Below, one piece after another: positions 1 to 8,689 of a DNA stretch of 64,000 nt. The translations under genes and the position numbers were made by a program. Under the pieces are notes generated by a model that made no database searches, was not told the origin of the DNA, and worked only from the letters and a program-made list of their open reading frames with translations. Positions within the stretch are counted from its first letter, which is position 1. Every line of letters starts with the position of its first letter. The stretch is from Candidatus Bilamarchaeaceae archaeon (GTDB lineage: Archaea; Micrarchaeota; Micrarchaeia; Anstonellales; Bilamarchaeaceae). The stretch is from the NCBI GenBank assembly GCA_038851325.1, contig JAWCKZ010000001.1, forward strand, positions 111,410 through 175,409, written 5' to 3'.

Positions 1-86
1 AAAGATAATTGGAAAAAGTGCACCTATTTATGTTCGCGGGGCAACAAGTATTTTTTCAAAAGTGCGGATGTTGTGGAGGAGTCTAA

Positions 87-1097
87 ATGGCGGGGGAGTT
101 TGTTGGCGCTGAAATCGCTGCGATTGTTGTACTTGCATCAGTAGTTCTCTCTGGAATTTTTATAGGTGTTGGAAGGGCATTTGGCTACAAACGCGTTGAG
201 AATTTTGGGGTGGAGGAATTTTTTCAATCTATTGTAAATGGTGCTATAATCGGCGCCTTTGCGACAATAGTCGCGCTCATCGACTCCGTATCCGCAGGGA
301 TAGCGCCAGGCGTATGTGGAACGGAAGATAAAGTTATCAGCCAACTTACATGTGTTTTTGAAACAACAAGCACTTCAATGTTTTCTCTTCTTCAAGAGCT
401 GATGCGACTTCTGAATACTATAGGATACTACCAGACACTTACTCTGAATTTTGATGTAATATCAATACAACCATTTGTAAACCTTGCTGCTTTATCTCTT
501 ATCTTTTCGGCTGAAACGCTTATTGTTCAGATAATATTAATCCTCATAAATCTGAATCTTGAAATACTAAATTTTATAGGAGCAAATGCACTTCTATTCA
601 TACTACCAATAGGTCTCGTGTTTAGAACCTTTTTCGCTACAAGACGTGTTGGTGCATTTCTCATCGGACTCGCAATCGGTATGTATCTACTCTATCCCGC
701 GTTTGTTATGATGTTTCCGTCGCCCCAAACTGACATAGAAAATGCAACTGCTAACATAACGGCAATAAATAATAAGGTCTATTACTCTGCGGTTCCGATC
801 GTGGACCTTAATGATAACTACGCGCTTGCCGCAAAACTAGACGTTATGAGTGGCCGTTGTTTTGACAGCAGCTCTGAAAACTGCCAGAATGCAACCCACG
901 GACTTCGAAGGGAGGACGTTGACTTCGTAGGCGACATGACGATTGCCAGTCAACTCTCGGCCATAGCCATAGGAAAAGCACTTATGTACCTTGTTGTAGC
1001 CCCTCTCCTTTCACTCTTGATAACCGTGATATTTGTTAAGGAAATAACAAAAATACTCGGAAGTGAAATAGGTTTAGATTTTGTGAGAGTAGTATAG
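87..1097 (+). CDS. polytopic membrane protein, hypothetical (about 6-7 predicted TM helices with Cys-containing extracytoplasmic loops)
   Basis: ORF of 336 aa. Several long hydrophobic stretches (IAAIVVLASVVLSGIFIGV, LIVQIILILINLNLEIL, VGAFLIGLAIGMYLLYPAFVMMF, MYLVVAPLLSLLITVIFV). No recognisable catalytic motif. Could be a VirB6/CedA-like channel component, but that is inference only. Confidence 0.4.
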   Translation: MAGEFVGAEIAAIVVLASVVLSGIFIGVGRAFGYKRVENFGVEEFFQSIVNGAIIGAFATIVALIDSVSAGIAPGVCGTEDKVISQLTCVFETTSTSMFSLLQELMRLLNTIGYYQTLTLNFDVISIQPFVNLAALSLIFSAETLIVQIILILINLNLEILNFIGANALLFILPIGLVFRTFFATRRVGAFLIGLAIGMYLLYPAFVMMFPSPQTDIENATANITAINNKVYYSAVPIVDLNDNYALAAKLDVMSGRCFDSSSENCQNATHGLRREDVDFVGDMTIASQLSAIAIGKALMYLVVAPLLSLLITVIFVKEITKILGSEIGLDFVRVV

Positions 1098-1115
1098 GGT
1101 GGTTATCTGTCCGAA

Positions 1116-1817
1116 TTGCTCTATCTTATCGACAGCTATCTAAAAGAGTGCAGCGCGAGCGTTGTGAGTTTAAAAGATGAGAAACACATCGTGTTAAATC
1201 GCACTGTTTTTTATCCCAAAGGTGGAGGCCAACCATGCGATACTGGTAAGATAATAAGAGGAAATGAGGAGTTCAATGTTGTTAGCGTGTCTAAATCGAA
1301 TGGAGAGATACTCCACGAAGTTGACAGGTCTGGCTTAAAGGTAGATGAGGAGGTTAAATGCGTTCTAAACTGGGAAAGACGATATAGGCTTATGCGCAGC
1401 CATACTGCAGCACACGTCCTTGCAGCTGTTATGAATAAGAATGCTGGTGTCTTAATAACAGGCAATCAGATCGAAGAGGATAAAGTTCGTTTTGATTTTA
1501 ATTTGGCTGCTTTTGACAGAGAATTTATGGAGCGTTGCGTTAACGAGGCAAATGCTATATTACAACAGGACATTTCTCTTAAGATTTATGAGCTACCACG
1601 CGCAGAGGCGATGGCGATACCCGGCATCGTCAAACTCGCAGGTGCTCTTCCACCACAAATAAACATTCTGCGTATTGTTGAGATACCTGGAATAGACATT
1701 CAGGCGGATGGCGGAACGCACGTAGGAAATGTGCGTGAGTGCGGTCAGATAGAACTTATAAAACTCGAAAACAAGGGAAGGGATAACAGACGAATTTATT
1801 TCAGACTTGTTCCTTAG
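1116..1817 (+). CDS. alaX: AlaX-type Ala-tRNA editing protein (AlaRS editing-domain homolog, AlaX-M class)
   Basis: FYPKGGGQPCDTG N-terminal motif and the HTAAHVL / CGGTH zinc-binding motifs typical of AlaX and the AlaRS editing domain. Length of 233 aa fits AlaX-M. Confidence 0.7.
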   Translation: MLYLIDSYLKECSASVVSLKDEKHIVLNRTVFYPKGGGQPCDTGKIIRGNEEFNVVSVSKSNGEILHEVDRSGLKVDEEVKCVLNWERRYRLMRSHTAAHVLAAVMNKNAGVLITGNQIEEDKVRFDFNLAAFDREFMERCVNEANAILQQDISLKIYELPRAEAMAIPGIVKLAGALPPQINILRIVEIPGIDIQADGGTHVGNVRECGQIELIKLENKGRDNRRIYFRLVP

Positions 1818-1945
1818 ACCTCTTTATTCTTTCCCCAAATCCGCTCTTTGCCAGCGATCTTCCATAACAACGAAGACCACAAGTCGTCCAACGCTAAGAG
1901 CGCGTACTAGCGTTGGACAGTGTTGATCCCGTAAATGAATACTAG

Positions 1946-2929
1946 CTACTCCATCTCAATTGTTCCCGGCGGTTTATTGGTTATATCATAAAAAACCCTA
2001 CCAACGCTTCGTATCTCGTTGGTTATTCGCGTTGATATCTTCTCGAGAAGCTCAGGAGGAAGATGAGAAAAGTTTGCTGTCATTCCATCAAGGCTTTTGA
2101 CCGCGCGTATGACAACTGCATACTGATATGCGCGCTCATCTCCGCGCACGCCAACAATTTTAACTGGGAGGAGTGCACCGAAGTATTGCCATGGTCTCTC
2201 TATCTTTTTTTCTTTCCATGCATTATCTATCTCTTCCTCTACTATCGCGCAAACATTTCGAACAATCTCAATCTTCTCTGGTGTTACCTCTCCTACAACA
2301 CGTATGGCAAGTGCAGGACCTGGAAATGGTTGCCGCTCGCTTATGGCTTCAGGAAGCCCAAGCGCACGTGCCACTGCACGCACTTCGTGCTTATACAGTT
2401 CGCGCAACGGCTCACATAGTTTTAAGTGCATCCTTTCAGGTAGTCCACCGACATTGTGATGACTTTTTATTGTGTCTCTACCAAGACCGCCACTCTCTAT
2501 CCAATCCGGTGCGATGGTTCCTTGTATAAGAAATGTCGCCCCGTACTTTTTTGCCTCTTCCTCAAAAATGCGCACGAATAATTCGCCAATGGTTTTTCTT
2601 TTCTTTTCCGGGTCTGTGACGCCCTCAAGTGCCTTAAAAAATCTCTCCTTCGCGTCTATCACCGTAAGCGAGATGCCGGCCTTCTTGGCTGCAGCCCGTA
2701 CTTGCTCGCTCTCTCCTTTTCGCATAAGTCCGGTATCAACATAGTAAACAAGAAGCTGATTTGGCACGGCCTTGCTTGCGATGGCTGCCGCAACAAAGGA
2801 GTCCACGCCGCCAGAAACCGCAGTTATTGCCCGCTCCTTGCCTATTACCTTCTTTATTTCGTTAACGGCTTCTTCTATAAATTTCTCGGGGTTAAGCATA
2901 AGACCACGTCTTTCTAAATTTTCTATCAT
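1946..2929 (-). CDS. guaA: GMP synthase subunit B (ATP pyrophosphatase subunit of the split archaeal GuaA)
   Basis: PP-loop SGGVDS near the N-terminus and a conserved C-terminal GMP-synthase dimerisation region (KPPGTIEME end). No GATase domain, as in split archaeal guaAa/guaAb. Confidence 0.85.
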   Translation of the reverse strand: MIENLERRGLMLNPEKFIEEAVNEIKKVIGKERAITAVSGGVDSFVAAAIASKAVPNQLLVYYVDTGLMRKGESEQVRAAAKKAGISLTVIDAKERFFKALEGVTDPEKKRKTIGELFVRIFEEEAKKYGATFLIQGTIAPDWIESGGLGRDTIKSHHNVGGLPERMHLKLCEPLRELYKHEVRAVARALGLPEAISERQPFPGPALAIRVVGEVTPEKIEIVRNVCAIVEEEIDNAWKEKKIERPWQYFGALLPVKIVGVRGDERAYQYAVVIRAVKSLDGMTANFSHLPPELLEKISTRITNEIRSVGRVFYDITNKPPGTIEME

Positions 2930-2930
2930 T

Positions 2931-2966
2931 TCAAGGAATACAAAAGCATCAAGGAATACAAAAGCA
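2931..2966. promoter_or_regulatory. perfect 18-bp direct repeat x2 (TCAAGGAATACAAAAGCA) in the divergent promoter between guaA-B and the ATPase operon, followed by a TATA-like TTTATAAATATATA
   Basis: Seen directly: 2931-2948 equals 2949-2966. An A/T-rich TATA-like element lies about 10 nt downstream. A GGAGGTG Shine-Dalgarno site precedes the GTG start at 3020. Confidence 0.45.
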
Positions 2967-3019
2967 AAAAGTATTTATAAATATATAAACACAAGAGTAA
3001 ATGTTGAGGAGGTGCGCTC

Positions 3020-3802
3020 GTGTACACAAATAGGGCAATCACAATAGCTGCTCTTTTAGGCGGATTTATTGCACTGGTGCTCTCGCTGGTATTCGGCAAT
3101 CCGATTCTGGCGGTCATCTCTGCAATTTTCTTTTCAGCCAGTATCGCATTATGGAAGTATGGTTATCTTATCGTTCCCCTTTTCACACAAGCAACAAACA
3201 TCGTGGAAGTCAGGGATGAATTCGAGATACCACCGTCGCGAGATTACATAATAAAGAAAACACCTGATGGATACTACGCAACCAAATTTCTTGAGGTGCG
3301 TTTCTATGAAAGTTCCATGGACAAAATGGAAAGTGAAAAGAGACTTCTCTTTGAGTCCTTTGAAAAGGCGATAAGCTCTCTAAAATATGTGGTCAAGATA
3401 TCGACCCTTATATCCGCAATAGACCTCTCGAAGCACATAGATGAGATAAAAACAAGAAGAAGTGCAGTTGAGACAAAAAGAGCTGCTGAGGAGCGTCTCA
3501 ACCCAGCAGAGGTAATGAGATACGACCGCGAAATAGCGATGCTCACGCGCCTGCTTGATCGTTTTGGCAAAGGTGAACGACCTATAGAGGTTATTGCATT
3601 TGCTTCCACAACTGCTTTTGGACTTACGAGGGATGAAGCGGTGAGCAAGGCAAATAGGCAAGGAAAGGAATTAAAGACAATCCTATCGAGCTCCCTTGGG
3701 TGCGATGTCAGAGAGCTGAAGGACCTTGAGATGTTAAAATGCTTCGAATGGGAACTCTTCTATCCTCCAGACGAGGAATCGCTAAGGGATGAGGTGTTCT
3801 GA
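3020..3802 (+). CDS. membrane-anchored N-terminal module (2 TM helices plus a soluble domain) preceding a VirB4/HerA-family ATPase. Same reading frame as the ATPase ORF, separated only by a TGA.
   Basis: GTG start with a GGAGGTG RBS. Two N-terminal hydrophobic helices (ITIAALLGGFIALVLSLVF, ILAVISAIFFSASIALW) followed by about 200 aa of charged soluble sequence. The stop TGA at 3800-3802 is immediately followed in frame by the TTG start of the ATPase. Confidence 0.55.
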   Translation: MYTNRAITIAALLGGFIALVLSLVFGNPILAVISAIFFSASIALWKYGYLIVPLFTQATNIVEVRDEFEIPPSRDYIIKKTPDGYYATKFLEVRFYESSMDKMESEKRLLFESFEKAISSLKYVVKISTLISAIDLSKHIDEIKTRRSAVETKRAAEERLNPAEVMRYDREIAMLTRLLDRFGKGERPIEVIAFASTTAFGLTRDEAVSKANRQGKELKTILSSSLGCDVRELKDLEMLKCFEWELFYPPDEESLRDEVF

Positions 3803-5236
3803 TTGAAGCTTACTTATACCTTATCAAAAGAACTTGCGAGGCGTCTGCCGTTAACACATCCCCCAGAACCAAGAAAGACTCTTCTACTCTCAAAGCCGTT
3901 CGATGGCGTCTATATAGGGAAAACGCGATTTCTTCACGTCCCGGTTTTTTGGAACCCAGATAAGCTCATAAACCCACACATAGGAGTAATAGGGATAACG
4001 GGTTCCGGAAAGAGTTATACTGTTAAAACATTTCTGACCCGCGCTTCTCTTATTTGGAATACAAACGCGCTAATACTAGACTGGGTCGGCGAATATGATA
4101 AATGGGTTAGACAAGCAGGGGGGCGCGTGATAAATCTTGCAGCGGAAAAGCTAAACATTCTTGATCTTGTAGGTCTTCCAAAGCACAGCCGGATAAAGCA
4201 AATAATGTCGGCATTTGACATCCTTGCTGATTTGAAGAGCTTCCCAAATGAACGGGATGAGATTGAGGATGCGCTGGAGCATGTTTACGAATCCGTCAAC
4301 AAACCGGTTCTCCTCGATGTCATAAAATACCTTGAAAAAAAGGAAAAGTATAAGGCAGCGAGGTTGCTTAAACGATTCGCTGCTGAAGGAAGCGATTTCT
4401 TCGCTGGTAAAACAACCCTTGATATTAAATCGCTTACATCATCGGGACTTGTCTGTATAGATCTACATGAACTTCCAACCGAAGAGATAAGAAGTCTTGC
4501 TGGGCTCACAATTCTTCAGTATGTAAAGGAACTCATGCGCGCTGAAGGCATGAAAATAGATAAAAAGGTGCGACTTTTTGTTGTTCTCGATGAAGCTTGG
4601 AAGATAGCGCAGGATGAACGAAGCGATGTGATAGCCATTGTCCGCGAAGGCCGAAAATATAATTTTTCATTGATAATAGCCACACAGAATCCAACGGATA
4701 TGCATAAGACGATATTTAGCAATATGGGAAGCATGTTTATTTTAAGGCTCATACTCAAAGAGTATCGCGATTTCGTGCGTGAGTCAGTAGGATATCCATC
4801 CTTTATAGATCATGAGATATCCAGATTCGGCGTTGGGGATGCTGCGGTTAACATGATATTTGCTGAGAGACAGGAGCGGGCTATGACCTTTCTTCTGGAA
4901 AAGATAGACGGCGAGGATCCGCTTTTTATTTATAAGATTAGGGGTGGAAAGATGGAAATCGAAATTGAGAGAGAGCAATTCGTTAAAATGCTTTATGAAT
5001 TGGGATTAACAGAAGGTCAGTTGGAACTCATAAAAAAAGAATTCGAAAAAAGAGATGGATTAATGGAAGGAGAACATCTTGTTGAAATGCTGGAACGATT
5101 TGGGTATTCGAAATCTTCCATAATCGCATTCCTTCGCCAGCTTGGCTTTGAAGAGAAAAACCTGGTAAGAATATTTTCATTGGTAAAAATGCGAAAGGCT
5201 GCAAAAGGCGTTGTAAATGTTGTATTAGAAGAATGA
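3803..5236 (+). CDS. FtsK/HerA/VirB4-superfamily P-loop ATPase (VirB4/CedB-like or DUF87-like)
   Basis: Walker A GITGSGKSYT. Walker B LFVVLDEAW (DEAW as in VirB4/TrbE). NFSLIIATQNPTDM (ATQ motif of the HerA/VirB4 clade). TTG start preceded by GGATGAGGTG. Confidence 0.7.
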   Translation: MKLTYTLSKELARRLPLTHPPEPRKTLLLSKPFDGVYIGKTRFLHVPVFWNPDKLINPHIGVIGITGSGKSYTVKTFLTRASLIWNTNALILDWVGEYDKWVRQAGGRVINLAAEKLNILDLVGLPKHSRIKQIMSAFDILADLKSFPNERDEIEDALEHVYESVNKPVLLDVIKYLEKKEKYKAARLLKRFAAEGSDFFAGKTTLDIKSLTSSGLVCIDLHELPTEEIRSLAGLTILQYVKELMRAEGMKIDKKVRLFVVLDEAWKIAQDERSDVIAIVREGRKYNFSLIIATQNPTDMHKTIFSNMGSMFILRLILKEYRDFVRESVGYPSFIDHEISRFGVGDAAVNMIFAERQERAMTFLLEKIDGEDPLFIYKIRGGKMEIEIEREQFVKMLYELGLTEGQLELIKKEFEKRDGLMEGEHLVEMLERFGYSKSSIIAFLRQLGFEEKNLVRIFSLVKMRKAAKGVVNVVLEE

Positions 5237-5239
5237 TGG

Positions 5240-5950
5240 GTGTACGGTATGACAGAAAAGATAGTCATAAAAGCAGTACAGAAAAAGAACATGAGTCCGC
5301 TTGCGACACTTATGGGAAACCTTGGTTTCACAAAGATATCATACTTAAAGGATACGCTCACAATAGAGAGAGTCACAGGATACGACCTCAACAGAAACCC
5401 AGAACTCGATTATCGTATAGTTTTCAGCCCACAGGAGATAGTGCTGGAATACGAGGTACCTAAGAACAAAAACAAAAAGGCAAGACTTCTAAGCGTTCTT
5501 CCGATATTTCTTAATGTTCTGCAACTAGTTGAGGACTACTATGACATAAAGCCATCAGCAATTTACTTTGAGGTTAACACCGCACTCACTGAAGCCTTAA
5601 AACTTGTTGGAAAAGATGTTGTTGACCTTTCAACAGAGCTGAGCGAGCTCCAGGCGAAATACAGGAGCCTGTCAGCAAAGTATAACGACCTTCTCCGCTC
5701 AAGCGAAGAAAACGCAAGGATTCTTCTTGAGTATGAAAGAAAAAAAGATGAATTAAACAGAAAAGTGGAAAGGCTTACGCGCTACAGTGATGACGCTCTC
5801 AAGGAGATGGTATATGAATGGATAAAATTACATGGTGGAAAGATAAATCTTCTTGAGTTTTCAAAGATACATAGGGTTCCGATACCTCGCCTCGAGGAGA
5901 TATTGAATATGCTCGTTACAGAGGGGTATATAAAAAGGAGGTTTGAATGA
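5240..5950 (+). CDS. coiled-coil protein with a C-terminal winged-helix-like domain, hypothetical partner of the ATPase
   Basis: Overlaps the ATPase stop. Central heptad-like segment (LSTELSELQAKYRSLSAKYNDLLRSSEENARILLEYERKKDELNRKVERL). C-terminal LEFSKIHRVPIPRLEEILNMLVTEGYIKRR resembles a wHTH. Confidence 0.45.
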   Translation: MYGMTEKIVIKAVQKKNMSPLATLMGNLGFTKISYLKDTLTIERVTGYDLNRNPELDYRIVFSPQEIVLEYEVPKNKNKKARLLSVLPIFLNVLQLVEDYYDIKPSAIYFEVNTALTEALKLVGKDVVDLSTELSELQAKYRSLSAKYNDLLRSSEENARILLEYERKKDELNRKVERLTRYSDDALKEMVYEWIKLHGGKINLLEFSKIHRVPIPRLEEILNMLVTEGYIKRRFE

Positions 5951-6089
5951 CTGCAGAAGAAATGGAATTCTCACTTGTAAAACACTACCCGCTCGAACGA
6001 AGGTATATCACACTTAAGGAGCTGAAGAAACCTTTTCTCCAGGCTCTGGCAGACCTTATTTTTAAAAGACGCAAATAAAAGGTGGATTT

Positions 6090-7382
6090 ATGAAAGTCGT
6101 GCTAGTTGGAAGCGGGGCGAGAGAGCATGCAATAGCAGAGCAACTTTCTAAAAGTGCAGAGCTTTACACAATAATGGAAAAAAAACATCCTGGTATTGCA
6201 AAGCTCTCAACAAAATTCCTTATAGCCAATCCGACTGATAGAAAGAGAATAGTTGAATGGTGCAAAGCCGAAGGAATAGAACTTGGCTTTGTGAGTCCAG
6301 ATGGTCTCCTTGCGGCTGGTGTCAGTGATATTCTGGAGAGTGCTGGAGTGGCGATTGCTTCTCCGACAAAAGCAGCTGCACGAATAGAGTGGGATAAAGG
6401 ATACGCCCGTAATCTAATGAGAGAAAACTCGATTCCAGGAGTACCAGAATTCACGATTGCAACATCAGATGCAGAGGTTCTCTCTTTCATTAAGGATATG
6501 GGAGAGATTGTGGTGAAACCAATCGGGCTTACAGGAGGAAAGGGTGTTCGGATAATGGGGGAGCACTTTAAGAGCGCGAATGAAGCCCTGAACTACGCGA
6601 GCTCTCTTATTAAAAAAGATGGCTCTGTTCTCCTCGAGGAAAAACTCGATGGCGAAGAGATAACGATACAGGCATTCTGCGATGGTGCGAAAATTGCGCT
6701 TATGCCTCCTGTCCAAGACCATAAACGCGCGTTTGTTGGAGACAAAGGGCCCAACACCGGCGGAATGGGCTCTTATTCCACAGGAGCGCTTCTCCCGTTC
6801 ATGCAGCAAAAAGATCTCGCAGAAGCAGACCTTATTCTTAAAAAGACAGTGGAGGCGATGGCAAAAGAGGGAAACAAATTCAAGGGCGTACTCTACGGGC
6901 AGTTCATGATAACTAAAAAAGGGCTTAAACTCATAGAATTTAACTCACGTTTTGGCGACCCAGAAGCTATAAATGTGCTAATGCTTCTGCGTACTCAATT
7001 GGCCGATATCCTTCTTTCCGTAGCAAACGGAAATCTTATAGTGCCGATGTTCAGCACTGATTGCACAGTTGTCAAGTATCTCGTTCCAGAAGGATACCCA
7101 GAAAAGGGTAAGGCAGATGAAAAAATAGAAGTAAATGAAAAGGAAATTTGGAACTGCGGTGCAAAATTCTACTTCGGTTCTGTGTACGAGAAAGAGGATA
7201 AGATCTACACAACCACCTCACGTGCCATTGCAATCGCAGCGCATGGACGTGCTTTAAAGGATGCTGAAGAACGGGTTGAATGTGGCATCCGCTGGGTTTC
7301 TGGACCGCTGTGGCACCGTTCTGACATCGGAACCGAAGAGCTTATAAGCAAAAGAGTAGAGCACATGAAGAGACTGAGATAG
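6090..7382 (+). CDS. purD: phosphoribosylamine--glycine ligase
   Basis: ATP-grasp fold with conserved PurD N-terminal MKVLVVGSGAREHA-like start (here MKVVLVGSGAREHAIA) and a C-terminal PurD domain. Confidence 0.9.
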   Translation: MKVVLVGSGAREHAIAEQLSKSAELYTIMEKKHPGIAKLSTKFLIANPTDRKRIVEWCKAEGIELGFVSPDGLLAAGVSDILESAGVAIASPTKAAARIEWDKGYARNLMRENSIPGVPEFTIATSDAEVLSFIKDMGEIVVKPIGLTGGKGVRIMGEHFKSANEALNYASSLIKKDGSVLLEEKLDGEEITIQAFCDGAKIALMPPVQDHKRAFVGDKGPNTGGMGSYSTGALLPFMQQKDLAEADLILKKTVEAMAKEGNKFKGVLYGQFMITKKGLKLIEFNSRFGDPEAINVLMLLRTQLADILLSVANGNLIVPMFSTDCTVVKYLVPEGYPEKGKADEKIEVNEKEIWNCGAKFYFGSVYEKEDKIYTTTSRAIAIAAHGRALKDAEERVECGIRWVSGPLWHRSDIGTEELISKRVEHMKRLR

Positions 7383-7399
7383 TACCGAAAGGGATTAGT

Positions 7400-8593
7400 G
7401 TGAAAAGGAACATAGTTATCGAAAGGTCCTCTTACCTACCAGCATACAAGCGCAGGGTTGAACTTGCAGAGCGGAAGGGAGTGGGACACCCGGATACCTT
7501 AATAGACGGTATTATGGAAGAGATAAGCAAAGAGCTCAGTAAAGAATACCTTAATGAATTTGGGGGAATACTTCATCATAACGTAGATAAGGGACAGATA
7601 TGTGGCGGAGCAACAGAGGTAAATTTTGGCGGCGGTGTTTTTACAAAACCTATCTACATTCTTCTTGGCGGTCGTGCAACGGGCGAGGTCGGTGGAAAAA
7701 AGATACCTGTCCAGCATATTGCAGTTGAAACAGCGAAAAGATATCTAAAAAATACTATTAGGCATCTTGACGTAGAGTGTGATGTGGAATTGGAATCAAG
7801 AATCTCGTCTGGCTCTGCTGAACTCATCGATCTATTGATGAGAAAAAGCAGGACCCCACTTGCGAACGACACAAGCTTCGGAATGGGGTTCGCGCCTTTA
7901 GACGAACTGGAGAAGGTTGTACTGAACACTGAAAGGTATCTCAATTCAATTGAATACAAAAAGATTAGGCCATTTGCTGGCGAGGATATAAAGGTAATGG
8001 GTCTAAGACAAGGAAATAAGATAAAACTCACGGTTGCAATCGCCTTTGTCTCGAAATACATATTGGACATAGAAGAGTACTTAGACTGTAAGAGAAAGGT
8101 TCTTGAAGACTTAAGAAGGTTCGTGAAAAAAATAACAAAAATGGATGTTGATATTTACATAAATACGGCAGATGATATAAAGAGAAAATCGATATATATG
8201 ACACTTACTGGAACGAGCGCTGAAATGGGTGACGATGGAAGTGTTGGAAGAGGAAACCGCGCCAATGGCCTCATAACACCATTCAGGGGGATGTCAATCG
8301 AAGCAGCTGCCGGAAAGAATCCGGTAAACCATGTCGGAAAGGTTTACTCTGTGCTTGCTACTAAGATGGCACGTGAGATAGCTGAGGAGTATAAAAGCAT
8401 AGAGGATATAACAGTAGGATTGCTCTCTCAAATAGGGAAGCCCATAGATCAACCGAAGGTTGCAAGTGTTACCTTTGTTTCAAAGGACTTCGAGAAAATA
8501 AAGAGCAAGGTACGATATTTGATCGATAAAGGTCTTGAGGAAGTAACAGAGATTACACCCCTAATAATTTCTGGTAAAATCTCGGTCTTTTAA
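7400..8593 (+). CDS. mat: archaeal-type S-adenosylmethionine synthetase (methionine adenosyltransferase)
   Basis: About 400 aa. N-terminal RNIVIE...ERKGVGHPDTLIDGIMEE matches archaeal MAT (MJ1208 family), not bacterial MetK. Confidence 0.85.
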   Translation: MKRNIVIERSSYLPAYKRRVELAERKGVGHPDTLIDGIMEEISKELSKEYLNEFGGILHHNVDKGQICGGATEVNFGGGVFTKPIYILLGGRATGEVGGKKIPVQHIAVETAKRYLKNTIRHLDVECDVELESRISSGSAELIDLLMRKSRTPLANDTSFGMGFAPLDELEKVVLNTERYLNSIEYKKIRPFAGEDIKVMGLRQGNKIKLTVAIAFVSKYILDIEEYLDCKRKVLEDLRRFVKKITKMDVDIYINTADDIKRKSIYMTLTGTSAEMGDDGSVGRGNRANGLITPFRGMSIEAAAGKNPVNHVGKVYSVLATKMAREIAEEYKSIEDITVGLLSQIGKPIDQPKVASVTFVSKDFEKIKSKVRYLIDKGLEEVTEITPLIISGKISVF

Positions 8594-8689
8594 ACGATTA
8601 AAAACCTTCTTTCTTATATGTTTATCTCGCAGATGTATGGATTTTTAGTTGGAGTGAACGACGATTCGTTCACTGCCTTAACTCCGTTC

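Noticed and set aside
3800-3802. Idea that TGA/TAA in-frame stops indicate a reassigned genetic code
   Set aside because: TGA, TAA and TAG each terminate multiple clearly full-length genes in this window (lhr and the coiled-coil gene end in TGA, proS and the CDC48-like gene in TAA, purD and the AMP phosphorylase in TAG). Split gene, pseudogene or sequencing error is more parsimonious.
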